33,094 bases of DNA from a virus (taxonomy: Duplodnaviria > Caudoviricetes). Positions 15,884 through 24,444 of the stretch are shown here, piece by piece; the first letter of the stretch is position 1, and each line of letters opens with the position of its first letter. The stretch is from IMG/VR virus record IMGVR_UViG_3300036793_000015, positions 1 through 33,094 of that record; one strand, 5' to 3'. The notes beneath the pieces were generated by a model that saw only the letters and a list, made by a program, of their open reading frames with translations, was not told the origin of the DNA and searched no databases. Both the position numbers and the translations under genes were made by a program.

Positions 15884-17290
15884 ATGCTCGCCAAAACCAA
15901 TTTCTACACCACTGAGAAGATCGGGAACACCCTTCATCTCACTCCAGAAAAGTACCTCATTTGCGAAAACGTTCCTATCGCGCGTACCGGAGAAATGCTT
16001 TACAGCCCCCAAGAAATCCTGATCGCCTCGAACGGAACGCTGCACCTGAATCCTCCTGATGGAATTGTCAGAGTCACTCGAGATAGCGACGAAGTGTTCC
16101 GCAAGGAAACAATCGAGAGTATTCAAGGGAAACCAATTGTCGATGGCCATCCAGATGAAGACGTGGATGTTGATAACTGGAAGTCATTGGCGAAGGGGAT
16201 CGTTATTAACCCACGGCGTGGCCAAGGGGCGGACGATGATCTCTTGATCGCCGATTTCATCGTAACGGACAGCGATGCCATTAAGGCGATCTTGAATGGC
16301 ACAAAAGAAGTTTCCTGCGGCTACACCTGTGATTACGAAAAGATCAGCCACAATGCCGCCCGACAACGCATGATTCGTGTTAATCATGTTGCTTTTCTCG
16401 ATGCAGGTCGTTGCGGCCAGCGCTGTTCGATCGGTGACAAAAAGACTGTTGATAGACCAGTTAGAAAAACCAGGAGGACTGTAATGAAGTGGTTTGACAA
16501 GCTCAAAAAGGCGGTAGACAGCGGCGATCAGTCTGCAACCGCTGCCGTGATCGAGGAGATCAGCGAGACGGCAACGGACAGGCCCGAAATTCACACTCAC
16601 GTGCATCTGCGTGACAACGAGAAGGAAAAAGAGAAAGAAGAAGAAAAGAAGGAGACCCATGACTCGACCATGGACGCGATGTCGAAGGACATCAAGACCA
16701 TCAGGGACGCCGTGGGATCGATGGATGAGCGGCTGAAAAAGGTCGAGGGCAAGTTCCACGACGAAAGCGAAGAAGAGAAAAAGAAGAAAGAAGAGGAAGA
16801 GAAGGAGAAGGAAGGCAAGAAAACTGAGGATGACGAGATCGAGTTTGAAGCCGAGGCCCCTGCCGGCAGCGGTGACAAGGCTTGGAAGAAAACCAAGGAC
16901 TCGGCATTCATGGCCGAATCTTGGCAGGAGATGGTGTCCATGGCAGAAATCATCATGCCGGGGATTCAGGCTCCAACCTTCGACGCCAAGATGGACAAGG
17001 GCAAGACGCTGGACGCGTTCTGCGCTTTCCGGCGTCGCGTTCTCGCCAAGGCCTCGGACACTCAGCCCGATGTGAATGTCTACCTCGACAGTATTACCCG
17101 CAATCGGACTCTCGACAAACTGTCTTGCGGGGAAGTACGAACTGCCTTCAACGCTGTAGCGAGCATGAAGCGCGCGCTCAACAACGACTCGCTGCGTCCG
17201 GGAGAACGGACTCAGTTCGTTGGCAAACCCGTGGGAGCAATTAACTCGATCGCCGAACTGAATAAGCGTAATCAGGAACTTTACAAGTAG
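15884..17290 (+). CDS. DUF2213-domain prohead protease/scaffold
   Basis: TPEKYLICENVPIARTG, GKPIVDGHP, EVSCGY, NHVAFLDAGRCG..CSIGD; Glu/Lys-rich linker; C-terminal scaffold helix. Confidence 0.93.
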   Translation: MLAKTNFYTTEKIGNTLHLTPEKYLICENVPIARTGEMLYSPQEILIASNGTLHLNPPDGIVRVTRDSDEVFRKETIESIQGKPIVDGHPDEDVDVDNWKSLAKGIVINPRRGQGADDDLLIADFIVTDSDAIKAILNGTKEVSCGYTCDYEKISHNAARQRMIRVNHVAFLDAGRCGQRCSIGDKKTVDRPVRKTRRTVMKWFDKLKKAVDSGDQSATAAVIEEISETATDRPEIHTHVHLRDNEKEKEKEEEKKETHDSTMDAMSKDIKTIRDAVGSMDERLKKVEGKFHDESEEEKKKKEEEEKEKEGKKTEDDEIEFEAEAPAGSGDKAWKKTKDSAFMAESWQEMVSMAEIIMPGIQAPTFDAKMDKGKTLDAFCAFRRRVLAKASDTQPDVNVYLDSITRNRTLDKLSCGEVRTAFNAVASMKRALNNDSLRPGERTQFVGKPVGAINSIAELNKRNQELYK

Positions 17291-17338
17291 CTCCTGACAA
17301 CGTGCTGTACAACTTCGCAACAAAGGAGAATTAACCGA

Positions 17339-17932
17339 ATGAAATGGAAGAAAATTGCAGCTTTGTTCCTTCCTGAAGAAGAGAGGGAAATCTTGGGCCG
17401 CTTCAAATTTCGTGATGCTGCTGGCCCAGTATTCAAATTTCGTATGGGTGCAGGCTCTCCTGGAGATGTCAACCGCTCCCATCCAGTCACCATCGAGTCG
17501 TGCTTGATCGATGCGAGCGCTCCGCCAACGGCATACGGCCAGCCAGTCGTGGTCGATGCGACTACTCAAGGAGTTCGTCCGCTGGTAGCTGGAGATTCCG
17601 GACTGTCGGACATCTACGGCATCACAGTACGTCCGTTTCCGCTTCAGCAGAACACGGCCACTCCAACCTTCGGGTCGGGAACGCCTCCGACTTCAGGGGT
17701 GATTGATGTACTGCGCTCTGGATACATCATGGTGCAGTTGAACGTCACGGGAGCGGCGAAAGGCGGACAGGTGTTTATCTGGGTCGCTGCTACTTCCGGC
17801 TCGCACATTCAAGACCAATTCGAAATCGCCACAGGTGGCGGTTCCAACACCATCTCGCTCCCGATTCCCGCGACCAGTTTCAACGGGACTGAGGATGCCA
17901 GCAAAGTTGTAGAAGTAGGATTCCATATCTAA
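17339..17932 (+). CDS. Capsid cement/decoration protein
   Basis: FRMGAGSPGDVNR, YGITVRPFP, DVLRSGYIMV; sits between scaffold and capsid; AAGGAG RBS. Confidence 0.82.
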   Translation: MKWKKIAALFLPEEEREILGRFKFRDAAGPVFKFRMGAGSPGDVNRSHPVTIESCLIDASAPPTAYGQPVVVDATTQGVRPLVAGDSGLSDIYGITVRPFPLQQNTATPTFGSGTPPTSGVIDVLRSGYIMVQLNVTGAAKGGQVFIWVAATSGSHIQDQFEIATGGGSNTISLPIPATSFNGTEDASKVVEVGFHI

Positions 17933-17973
17933 ATTCCAGTTCCACATTTCGGGGTAAAGAGGAGCTAAAACAG

Positions 17974-19056
17974 ATGTCATTACTCACGTTCGACAACGCA
18001 CGACAATCAAGCTATTCGACTGGAGATGCTGTGGGCAAGCCGCTAGGCCAGCGCTACAGCACTCACGATGGTCGCACAGTCGATTCCACTGGCGCTTTCC
18101 TTGTTGGAGAGTTGGAGCGCCTCGATCAAACGCTTCACGAACCATTGGTCAGCGTGACATGGCCGCGAGATATCGACTTGCGGGAAGATGTTTCGCTCGC
18201 CGATGAAGTAACCAGCTTCACTCTGAGCACCTATGGAGCTCCGGGCGGATTGGGAACGGGCAACAGTATCGGGAACGGGAAATCGTGGGCCGGGAAAGAC
18301 ACGACCCAAATCACGAACACTTCGCTCGACATCGCGAAGTACACCTTCCCTCTGAACATCTGGGCTCAGGAAGTAAAGTTCACGATCCCAGAGCTCGAAT
18401 CGGCTATTCGTCTCGGCAGGCCGATCGACCAACAGAAATTCAGTGCGCTCAAGATGAAGCACCAGATGGACATCGACGAAATGGTGTACATCGGTGACAC
18501 TGGATACGGGCTGAAAGGACTTGTCAATCAGCCAAACACAGTCGTTGCAAACGTTGGAAACGTTGCCAACGGTGGTGGCGGCTCTCCGTTGTGGTCAACC
18601 AAATCGCCGGATGAAATTCTGGCCGACGTGAACACCTTGCTTACTTCGACCTGGGGCAACACGGGATGGTCTGTAATGTCTGGGGAATTGCGATTGCCTC
18701 CAGTCCAGTACGGACAAATCACAACTCAGAAGATCGGCACCTCTGGCAGCACGTCGGTGCTGAAGTACATTGAGGAGAACAATCTGATGACCACTGGCAC
18801 GGGCAGGAAGCTCCGCGTTCTGCCGCTGAAGTGGCTAATTGGAGCGGGTGCGGGCGGAACGGTTGGAACTGAGGGAGCATATGATCGCATGATGCTCTAC
18901 GACAAAAACAAAGATCGGGTCTGTTATCCGATGACGTTACTTCAGAAAACCCCCACGCAGTACGACGGGCTCTATCACAAGGTTGTTTATTTCTGCCGCC
19001 TTGGAGCAGTTGAGACAAGATACGGGTCGGTTATGGGGTACGCTGACGGTCTTTAG
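17974..19056 (+). CDS. Major capsid protein (DUF2184 family, HK97 fold)
   Basis: STGAFLVGELERLDQTLHEPL..VTW.RDI.LREDV, GRPIDQQK, DEMVYIGD; GAGGAG RBS. Confidence 0.95.
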   Translation: MSLLTFDNARQSSYSTGDAVGKPLGQRYSTHDGRTVDSTGAFLVGELERLDQTLHEPLVSVTWPRDIDLREDVSLADEVTSFTLSTYGAPGGLGTGNSIGNGKSWAGKDTTQITNTSLDIAKYTFPLNIWAQEVKFTIPELESAIRLGRPIDQQKFSALKMKHQMDIDEMVYIGDTGYGLKGLVNQPNTVVANVGNVANGGGGSPLWSTKSPDEILADVNTLLTSTWGNTGWSVMSGELRLPPVQYGQITTQKIGTSGSTSVLKYIEENNLMTTGTGRKLRVLPLKWLIGAGAGGTVGTEGAYDRMMLYDKNKDRVCYPMTLLQKTPTQYDGLYHKVVYFCRLGAVETRYGSVMGYADGL

Positions 19057-19064
19057 AAATAAGT

Positions 19065-19120
19065 TGTAGCTTCTACTATGGCGCGTTGAGTCTCAATCGA
19101 AGGATGGAGACTCCGCTACA
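19065..19120 (+). terminator. Stem-loop after the capsid gene (terminator or mRNA stabiliser)
   Basis: GAGTCTC (19088-19094) pairs with GAGACTC (19107-19113); outer TGTAGC/GCTACA; followed by GTTTCACTTTT. Confidence 0.45.
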
Positions 19121-19144
19121 GTTTCACTTTTGGAGAAAAGTAAA

Positions 19145-19537
19145 ATGGAACCAAATCGTTCAGTAGATCAATCAACCAAGGGGCCGTATGATCCACGGCC
19201 AGACATAGCGGATGCGGCGCGATTCTCGGGGCAGCGCTCTGTTCCCGCCGCATCCGTGCTCGACGCTTATTTCCCCAACGAAGAAACCGTGACCATGTTG
19301 TTCGAAAACCAGGTTAACTTGAGGCTCGACAATTTCAAGGTCATCACATTTGCTCCGGGCTATCAGGAGGTTCCTGTCAGTATCAAGGATCACTGGTATC
19401 TGAAAGCAAATGGGGCAAAGGAACACGTTGTACCCGCCAAGAAAGCTGCGGTGGTCACGGAAGCGCCGAAGCCAGCAGCAGAAGTCAAGCCTACTGTTCC
19501 AAACGGGAAGGCACAGGCTCCGGAAGCAAAGAAGTAG
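19145..19537 (+). CDS. Phage head-associated protein
   Basis: GGAG RBS; FAPGYQEVP...DHWYLKANG motif; position right after the capsid gene. Confidence 0.7.
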   Translation: MEPNRSVDQSTKGPYDPRPDIADAARFSGQRSVPAASVLDAYFPNEETVTMLFENQVNLRLDNFKVITFAPGYQEVPVSIKDHWYLKANGAKEHVVPAKKAAVVTEAPKPAAEVKPTVPNGKAQAPEAKK

Positions 19538-19545
19538 GAGTTTCT

Positions 19546-19758
19546 ATGCCACTTGCCAAGGGCAGCAGTAAGGCTACAGTCAAGAAGAATATTCACGAAA
19601 TGGTAGCCTCGGGACATTCGGTCAAGCAAAGTGTTGCTGCGGCTCTCCACACGGCGCATCCTAAAGGCGGCAAGGCATCCGATGAGGTTCTGTCTACGAC
19701 GGCCATGACACTTGCGGACATCAATGCTCAGCATCGGAAGTATTGGGACAAGGAGTAA
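19546..19758 (+). CDS. Small basic putative internal virion protein
   Basis: AGGAG RBS; MPLAKGSSKATVKKNIHEMVASG..QSVAAAL motif; scaffold-like C-terminus. Confidence 0.7.
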   Translation: MPLAKGSSKATVKKNIHEMVASGHSVKQSVAAALHTAHPKGGKASDEVLSTTAMTLADINAQHRKYWDKE

Positions 19759-19761
19759 AAC

Positions 19762-20274
19762 ATGGCGACACCCGCCGTTACGATAAGCCAATTTTTGTCC
19801 GATATCCCGGAACTCGATACATCGAACGTCACTGATCCGGCTCTCGTGCAAATCCCTAAATCAGCTATTCAGTATTGGTTGAATATCGCTTTGGCAATGG
19901 TCAACGTGGATCGCTGGGGCGGGCCAACGTCGGTAACGTACATCATGGGGGTCGAGATGTTCACTGCCCATAACGTAGTCCTCGAAGCCCTTGCGCAGCG
20001 GGACATGGACATGGCCGGGATACCAGGGATTGCGGTGGGCGCAGTGGCGGGGAAATCGTCTGGAGATGTTCAGATTTCCTACGATACGGCATCGGTGCTG
20101 GAAATGGATGGAGGGCATTGGAATTACAGCATTTTCGGCAAAAGATTCCTTCATGCGGCGAGAATGTTCGGAGCTGGCGGACTGCAAATTGGCACTCCGG
20201 GGTGTTCTCCAGCATTGAACGGGCCGGGATGGTCTGGGATTTGGGACTTCAACTTCCCGAATCCGAATATGTGA
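19762..20274 (+). CDS. Head-tail adaptor (DUF4054-like)
   Basis: FLSDIPEL, MFTAH, GDVQISYD, GHWNYSIFGKRF. Confidence 0.85.
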   Translation: MATPAVTISQFLSDIPELDTSNVTDPALVQIPKSAIQYWLNIALAMVNVDRWGGPTSVTYIMGVEMFTAHNVVLEALAQRDMDMAGIPGIAVGAVAGKSSGDVQISYDTASVLEMDGGHWNYSIFGKRFLHAARMFGAGGLQIGTPGCSPALNGPGWSGIWDFNFPNPNM

Positions 20275-20280
20275 TTTTCT

Positions 20281-20775
20281 GTGTTCAATCCAACAATCAA
20301 GATAGTTCGCGGCATCGACTTGAGCGGCAACTTCGCACAGGCCGTCAAGAAGCTCACCTCGAAGTCTGTCCTTGTGGGCGTGCCGAGAGCGACAGCGCAG
20401 CGCAAAGGTGATTCGATTAATAACGCGGCGCTGGCTTACGTGCACGATCAGGGCAGCCCCGCGCGCGGCATCCCAGCACGAGAATTTCTTCGTCCCGGTA
20501 TCAGGTCAGTTCAACCCGAACTTGCTAACCGTTTCAAGGCCATGGGACAAGGCGTGATTGCGGGGAAAGACAAGGAACTCGATAAGGGATTGGTTGCAAT
20601 TGGTTTGATTGCGCAGAAAGCTGTGAGGAAGAAAATAATCGATGGGCCGTTTAAGCCGCTGAGACCAGCCACAATCAGAGCGCGAAGGCGTAGAGGGGTC
20701 ACTAGAACTAAACCTCTGATCGATTCGGGCGCTATGATGGCGGCAATTTCCTTCGTCATCAACGATAAGAAATGA
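20281..20775 (+). CDS. Neck/virion morphogenesis protein
   Basis: VLVGVP, NAALAYVHDQGSP..GIPAREFLRP, KPLIDSG. Confidence 0.85.
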   Translation: MFNPTIKIVRGIDLSGNFAQAVKKLTSKSVLVGVPRATAQRKGDSINNAALAYVHDQGSPARGIPAREFLRPGIRSVQPELANRFKAMGQGVIAGKDKELDKGLVAIGLIAQKAVRKKIIDGPFKPLRPATIRARRRRGVTRTKPLIDSGAMMAAISFVINDKK

Positions 20776-21131
20776 ACCTCTCTCAAGCGCTCACCGATCC
20801 GCAGATGGCCGAATTCTTCCTCGTGCTCCGCTCGCAAGGACAGTTCGCCGCTGGTGGATGGACGGACACGAAAACAGAAATCAAGTTCCGCGGCATAATT
20901 CGTATTGCTCAAGCGGAAGATTTGAGCATGACAGAAGATGCTGACGTAGTGCTTGGAGCAATTGTTATCGAGAGTGGGCAGAAGATTTACCGCACCCACG
21001 CGGATGGACAGACCGCTGGAGTCTCGGACATTGTAGTTTGGAACGGAGAGAAATACCGCGTGTTTAGTGTTGCTCCATATCCAAACCGAGGATTTTGGAA
21101 GGCCCTAGCCGCTAGGATGTTGGCCGACTAA
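20772..21131 (+). CDS. Head closure / head-tail joining protein
   Basis: Position in neck module; SDIVVWNGEKYRV...GFWKA. Confidence 0.75.
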   Translation: MNLSQALTDPQMAEFFLVLRSQGQFAAGGWTDTKTEIKFRGIIRIAQAEDLSMTEDADVVLGAIVIESGQKIYRTHADGQTAGVSDIVVWNGEKYRVFSVAPYPNRGFWKALAARMLAD

Positions 21132-21134
21132 CAG

Positions 21135-21740
21135 ATGTCGAGCGTCCCTACATATCAAACTCCACTGACTCCCTCGATGGTGGAATCTGCCATACAGTCA
21201 GTCACGATCACGTTGCTTGGCCTAGGAGTGCCGAAATCGCCTACCGACCCGCTGTATTCTCAGGTTCGCATAGGATGGCAACCCGAAGGCCAGCCGTTCG
21301 ATGACAAGACCGCGGATGTAGTTTATATCAGGGCAATTGAGGATGACGATGAATACAACCAGCTACGCGACCTGGCAAACGATGTACTAGATGTTGAGAC
21401 CATTCAGCAGCATTTCGTTTATACCCGTGTCTGGAAAATCTTCTGGTGCTTCTATGGCCCAAACTCGTTTGATCGCGCGAGACAGCTTCATTCTGGGCTC
21501 TTGACGCAAGCGGGCCACGATCTCATGGCTGGCACTTATCTCTATCAGATCACAGATGAGTCTTGTCCAAGGCGTATTCCGGAATTGATTCAGAAGCAGT
21601 GGTTTGAGCGCGTGGATTTTGAAGTGAGATTTAACGAACTTGTGAATGAAACGCCACCTGTGCCTGCTATTAGTTCGGTAGAAATCATTGTCGAAACAGC
21701 AAGCAAAATCGTGGCAGACATCGATATCACCATCCCGTAA
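21135..21740 (+). CDS. Tail terminator/completion protein
   Basis: Directly before the sheath; FYGPNSFDRA, PELIQKQWFERVD. Confidence 0.8.
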   Translation: MSSVPTYQTPLTPSMVESAIQSVTITLLGLGVPKSPTDPLYSQVRIGWQPEGQPFDDKTADVVYIRAIEDDDEYNQLRDLANDVLDVETIQQHFVYTRVWKIFWCFYGPNSFDRARQLHSGLLTQAGHDLMAGTYLYQITDESCPRRIPELIQKQWFERVDFEVRFNELVNETPPVPAISSVEIIVETASKIVADIDITIP

Positions 21741-21755
21741 CTCCAGAGGCCAACA

Positions 21756-23144
21756 ATGAGCAGTCCTATAACTTTGCCGTTAGATTCAATTATTAATGTC
21801 ACGGTGCTCGTGTCGCCGCAAGCGCCGCAAGCGCCCACATTCAATCAGGGCATCGTTGTTGGCCCATCCTCTGTGATCCCATCGTCGCAGCGTGTTCGCA
21901 CCTATGCGGTGAGCACGGCGCTCGCGCAGATGCTGGCAGATGGATTCTCCTCGACATCGGGAGAGTATTTGGCTGTGACCGCTTACGTGAGCCAAGTTCC
22001 AGCGCCAAGTACGGTTCAGGTTGGACGGCAGGATTTGTCCGCAATCTTTGCCTTGAATCCACATTCGGCCAACCAAGGCACGGGTTATGTGGTGAACGAT
22101 GTTGTTGGCATTACTCAATCTGGTGCAAGCGGCGGTACCGCGATTGTGACAACGATTTCTGGCGGTGGCGCAGTCACAGGGTTGCAACTTGTGAATCAAG
22201 GAACGGGCTACGCAATTGCGACAAGTCTCGCGACAACTGGCGGAACTGGCACGGGCCTCGAAGTGGATATCACGCAGATCGGGGAAACGCCATTACAGGC
22301 ACTGACCGCTTGCCGACTGGCGAGCTTTACCTGGTGGGCAGCGTTTGTTACTTCCGCTGTTACCGCAGATCACGAAGCGATTGCCGCCTACATGCAGGCA
22401 GTCACACCCGTAGGCTGCTATTTCTACACCACGCAGGATGCAAATGTGCCAACGAACGGCGCGGGAAACATCTTCGCTTACCTCAAGGCGCAAAGCTACA
22501 GCCGCGTTTATGGGCTGTACTCAACCACGCAGGGCGGGTTGTTCCCAAACAACATCTACGCTGGCGCAGCGGCCATGGGCGTTGCCATGGGGCTCAATAC
22601 GGGCCTTGACGGGTCATTCTTCACTATGGCCTTTAAAACGCTTGTGGGGATCGCTACCGAGCCGCTCTCGGTTACTTCGGTGCAGAACATTCAGGCAAAC
22701 AACGGCAACGCCTATCTCGACTATGCCAACTCTTACAAGTTCGACATGCAGGGCGTGGTCGCAAACAAACAGTATTTCGATGAAATTCTGAATATCGATA
22801 TGCTCGTATCCGATATCCAGTTCACTGAAGCAAACATTCTGGCAACGCTTCTGGCCGTGCCGCAAACCGATCCTGGCCAGACGACGCTGATTCATGGCGT
22901 CAATCAAGCATGCGAACGGGCGCGGGCGAGAGGCTTCCTTGCGGGCGGTAATTGGACAGGGCCGATAGTGCTAAACCTGAATCCTGGCGATTCGGTTCCT
23001 ACGGGTTACATCTGCCAGTCGCCGTCTTATAGCACGCAATCAACATCGGATCGACAGGCTCGCAAGGCAGTACCGATCTATTGCTCCATTCTTGAGGCTG
23101 GAGCGGTTCAATCACTCACGATTGGCGTTTACGTAAGGCGTTGA
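21756..23144 (+). CDS. Contractile tail sheath (DUF3383 family) with an inserted domain
   Basis: LPLDSIINVTV, FTMAFKTLVGI, YFDEILNIDML, VPQTDPG, DRQARK, AGAVQS. Confidence 0.93.
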   Translation: MSSPITLPLDSIINVTVLVSPQAPQAPTFNQGIVVGPSSVIPSSQRVRTYAVSTALAQMLADGFSSTSGEYLAVTAYVSQVPAPSTVQVGRQDLSAIFALNPHSANQGTGYVVNDVVGITQSGASGGTAIVTTISGGGAVTGLQLVNQGTGYAIATSLATTGGTGTGLEVDITQIGETPLQALTACRLASFTWWAAFVTSAVTADHEAIAAYMQAVTPVGCYFYTTQDANVPTNGAGNIFAYLKAQSYSRVYGLYSTTQGGLFPNNIYAGAAAMGVAMGLNTGLDGSFFTMAFKTLVGIATEPLSVTSVQNIQANNGNAYLDYANSYKFDMQGVVANKQYFDEILNIDMLVSDIQFTEANILATLLAVPQTDPGQTTLIHGVNQACERARARGFLAGGNWTGPIVLNLNPGDSVPTGYICQSPSYSTQSTSDRQARKAVPIYCSILEAGAVQSLTIGVYVRR

Positions 23145-23173
23145 CAACACAGACATTGCACTAGGAGGAAAAC

Positions 23174-23635
23174 ATGGCAGGAAGTAGTTCGGCATCGGTT
23201 TACAGCTTCAAGGATTTATCGGGTGCGCTCGATTCGGTCATCGGGCCGTTCGCGTTTTCAGGCAAGATCGGCGCTGGGCAAATCAGTATCGACATGGACA
23301 CGGAAAAGACCGCCGTGGACACTGCCGCTGATGGGGCGATTATGCTCTCGCACATGGCAGGCGACAGTGGCTCTATCCAGATCGAAGTACAGCAAACCTC
23401 AATCTTCCACAAGTTCCTGTTACGGCTTTACAACACGCTCAAGACTGCGGCCGATGCCGGGGATGATTCGAACTGGGCCTCGACAGGCTTGAGCCTCAGG
23501 AACGTAACTGACGGCACATCCCATGTGCTCACGGGAATCTGTTTCAGTAAGATTCCAACCAAGGTCTACACGGCGCAGGGTCAGAAATTGACCTGGAAGC
23601 TGATCGCTGCCGATGTTCAGAACCTGACTTCGTAG
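23174..23635 (+). CDS. Tail tube protein (DUF3277-like)
   Basis: YSFKD, AADGAIMLS...SGSIQIEVQQTS..HKFL; AGGAGG RBS; follows the sheath. Confidence 0.88.
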   Translation: MAGSSSASVYSFKDLSGALDSVIGPFAFSGKIGAGQISIDMDTEKTAVDTAADGAIMLSHMAGDSGSIQIEVQQTSIFHKFLLRLYNTLKTAADAGDDSNWASTGLSLRNVTDGTSHVLTGICFSKIPTKVYTAQGQKLTWKLIAADVQNLTS

Positions 23636-23648
23636 TAGAAAGGACGCA

Positions 23649-24131
23649 ATGCGAGAAACATCTAAGGTCATCGTGATCGATGACAAGAATTACAAACTGA
23701 CCAAGATGACGCCTTACGTGGCGTCACAGATTCATAATCGGCTACTCATGGCGGGATCGAAGGCCGCTACCAAGCCTGAGACCGAAAACGTCGAAGTGGC
23801 AGAGGAAGTTGTACCAGAAGGGGAAGCGGCAGTCGCTTTCGCTCGCTCAGCCGTCGAGTTTACCTTCATCTGTGCTTCGACCGTCCTCACTCCCGAAGTG
23901 TTCCAGCAGATTCAGCAGCAGGCCCTCCGTGCGGCAAGCTACGAGGTCAGCCCTGATACGTTTGCTCCGGTGATGATGGATGATGGACGCTTCGCCGCTC
24001 CGGAGATCAAGGATGACCCAATCGTGTTCTCGCAACTAGTGAAGGAGTCGCTGTGGTTTAATATTTGCCCTTTTTTCGAGTACGCATCCAGAGCGGCGGC
24101 GAAGAAGTTGGCTTCCAGCCAACAATCGTAG
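23649..24131 (+). CDS. Tail assembly chaperone
   Basis: Between tube and tape measure; slippery site near the 3' end. Confidence 0.8.
   Translation: MRETSKVIVIDDKNYKLTKMTPYVASQIHNRLLMAGSKAATKPETENVEVAEEVVPEGEAAVAFARSAVEFTFICASTVLTPEVFQQIQQQALRAASYEVSPDTFAPVMMDDGRFAAPEIKDDPIVFSQLVKESLWFNICPFFEYASRAAAKKLASSQQS
24068..24074 (+). other. -1 ribosomal frameshift heptamer C CCT TTT
   Basis: X XXY YYZ in the correct phase of the chaperone ORF; the -1 frame is open to 24304. Confidence 0.8.
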
Positions 24132-24304
24132 AGCATGTCGATGCGTTTTTGTGGAGGCCCGTTCTGGAGGGCCTCTGGCGGCAACATGAACTGTGGGACA
24201 AAACCTACACTGTGGACGATCTGGTGGATGTTAACGAGGCGCTCGATTTGAAGGCAGTGAATGAACGACTCTATGAAGTATGGTGCGAGGAGAACAGGAA
24301 ATGA
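24068..24304 (+). CDS. Frameshift-extended second tail chaperone segment
   Basis: FLWRPV...EL..KTYTVDDLVDVNEALD...NE; no convincing independent RBS/start. Confidence 0.75.
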   Translation, partial: PFFRVRIQSGGEEVGFQPTIVEHVDAFLWRPVLEGLWRQHELWDKTYTVDDLVDVNEALDLKAVNERLYEVWCEENRK

Positions 24305-24444
24305 GAATGCGGTGGCGATTATTTAAGCATTGGTTGCGGAAGCCTAGCGCACGCGGTTACGCGCGCGGCAGAGCTCCTGTCGAATGGTATCTAGATGCAT
24401 TGAGACAATGGCAAATCGAACGGGAATACATTCTTAATGAATAA
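24301..24444 (+). CDS. Small basic hypothetical protein (47 aa)
   Basis: ATGA overlap with the upstream stop and 8-nt overlap with the tape measure start. Confidence 0.45.
   Translation: MRMRWRLFKHWLRKPSARGYARGRAPVEWYLDALRQWQIEREYILNE

Noticed and set aside
17288-17341. Scaffold TAG is in frame with the cement gene with no stop between (possible readthrough fusion)
   Set aside because: The scaffold ends in its expected terminal helix and the next gene has its own AAGGAG RBS; in-frame spacing can occur by chance
16184-17569. 461-aa minus-strand ORF
   Set aside because: Antisense shadow of the clearly identified DUF2213 and cement genes; its Leu/Phe runs are the complement of the Glu/Lys linker
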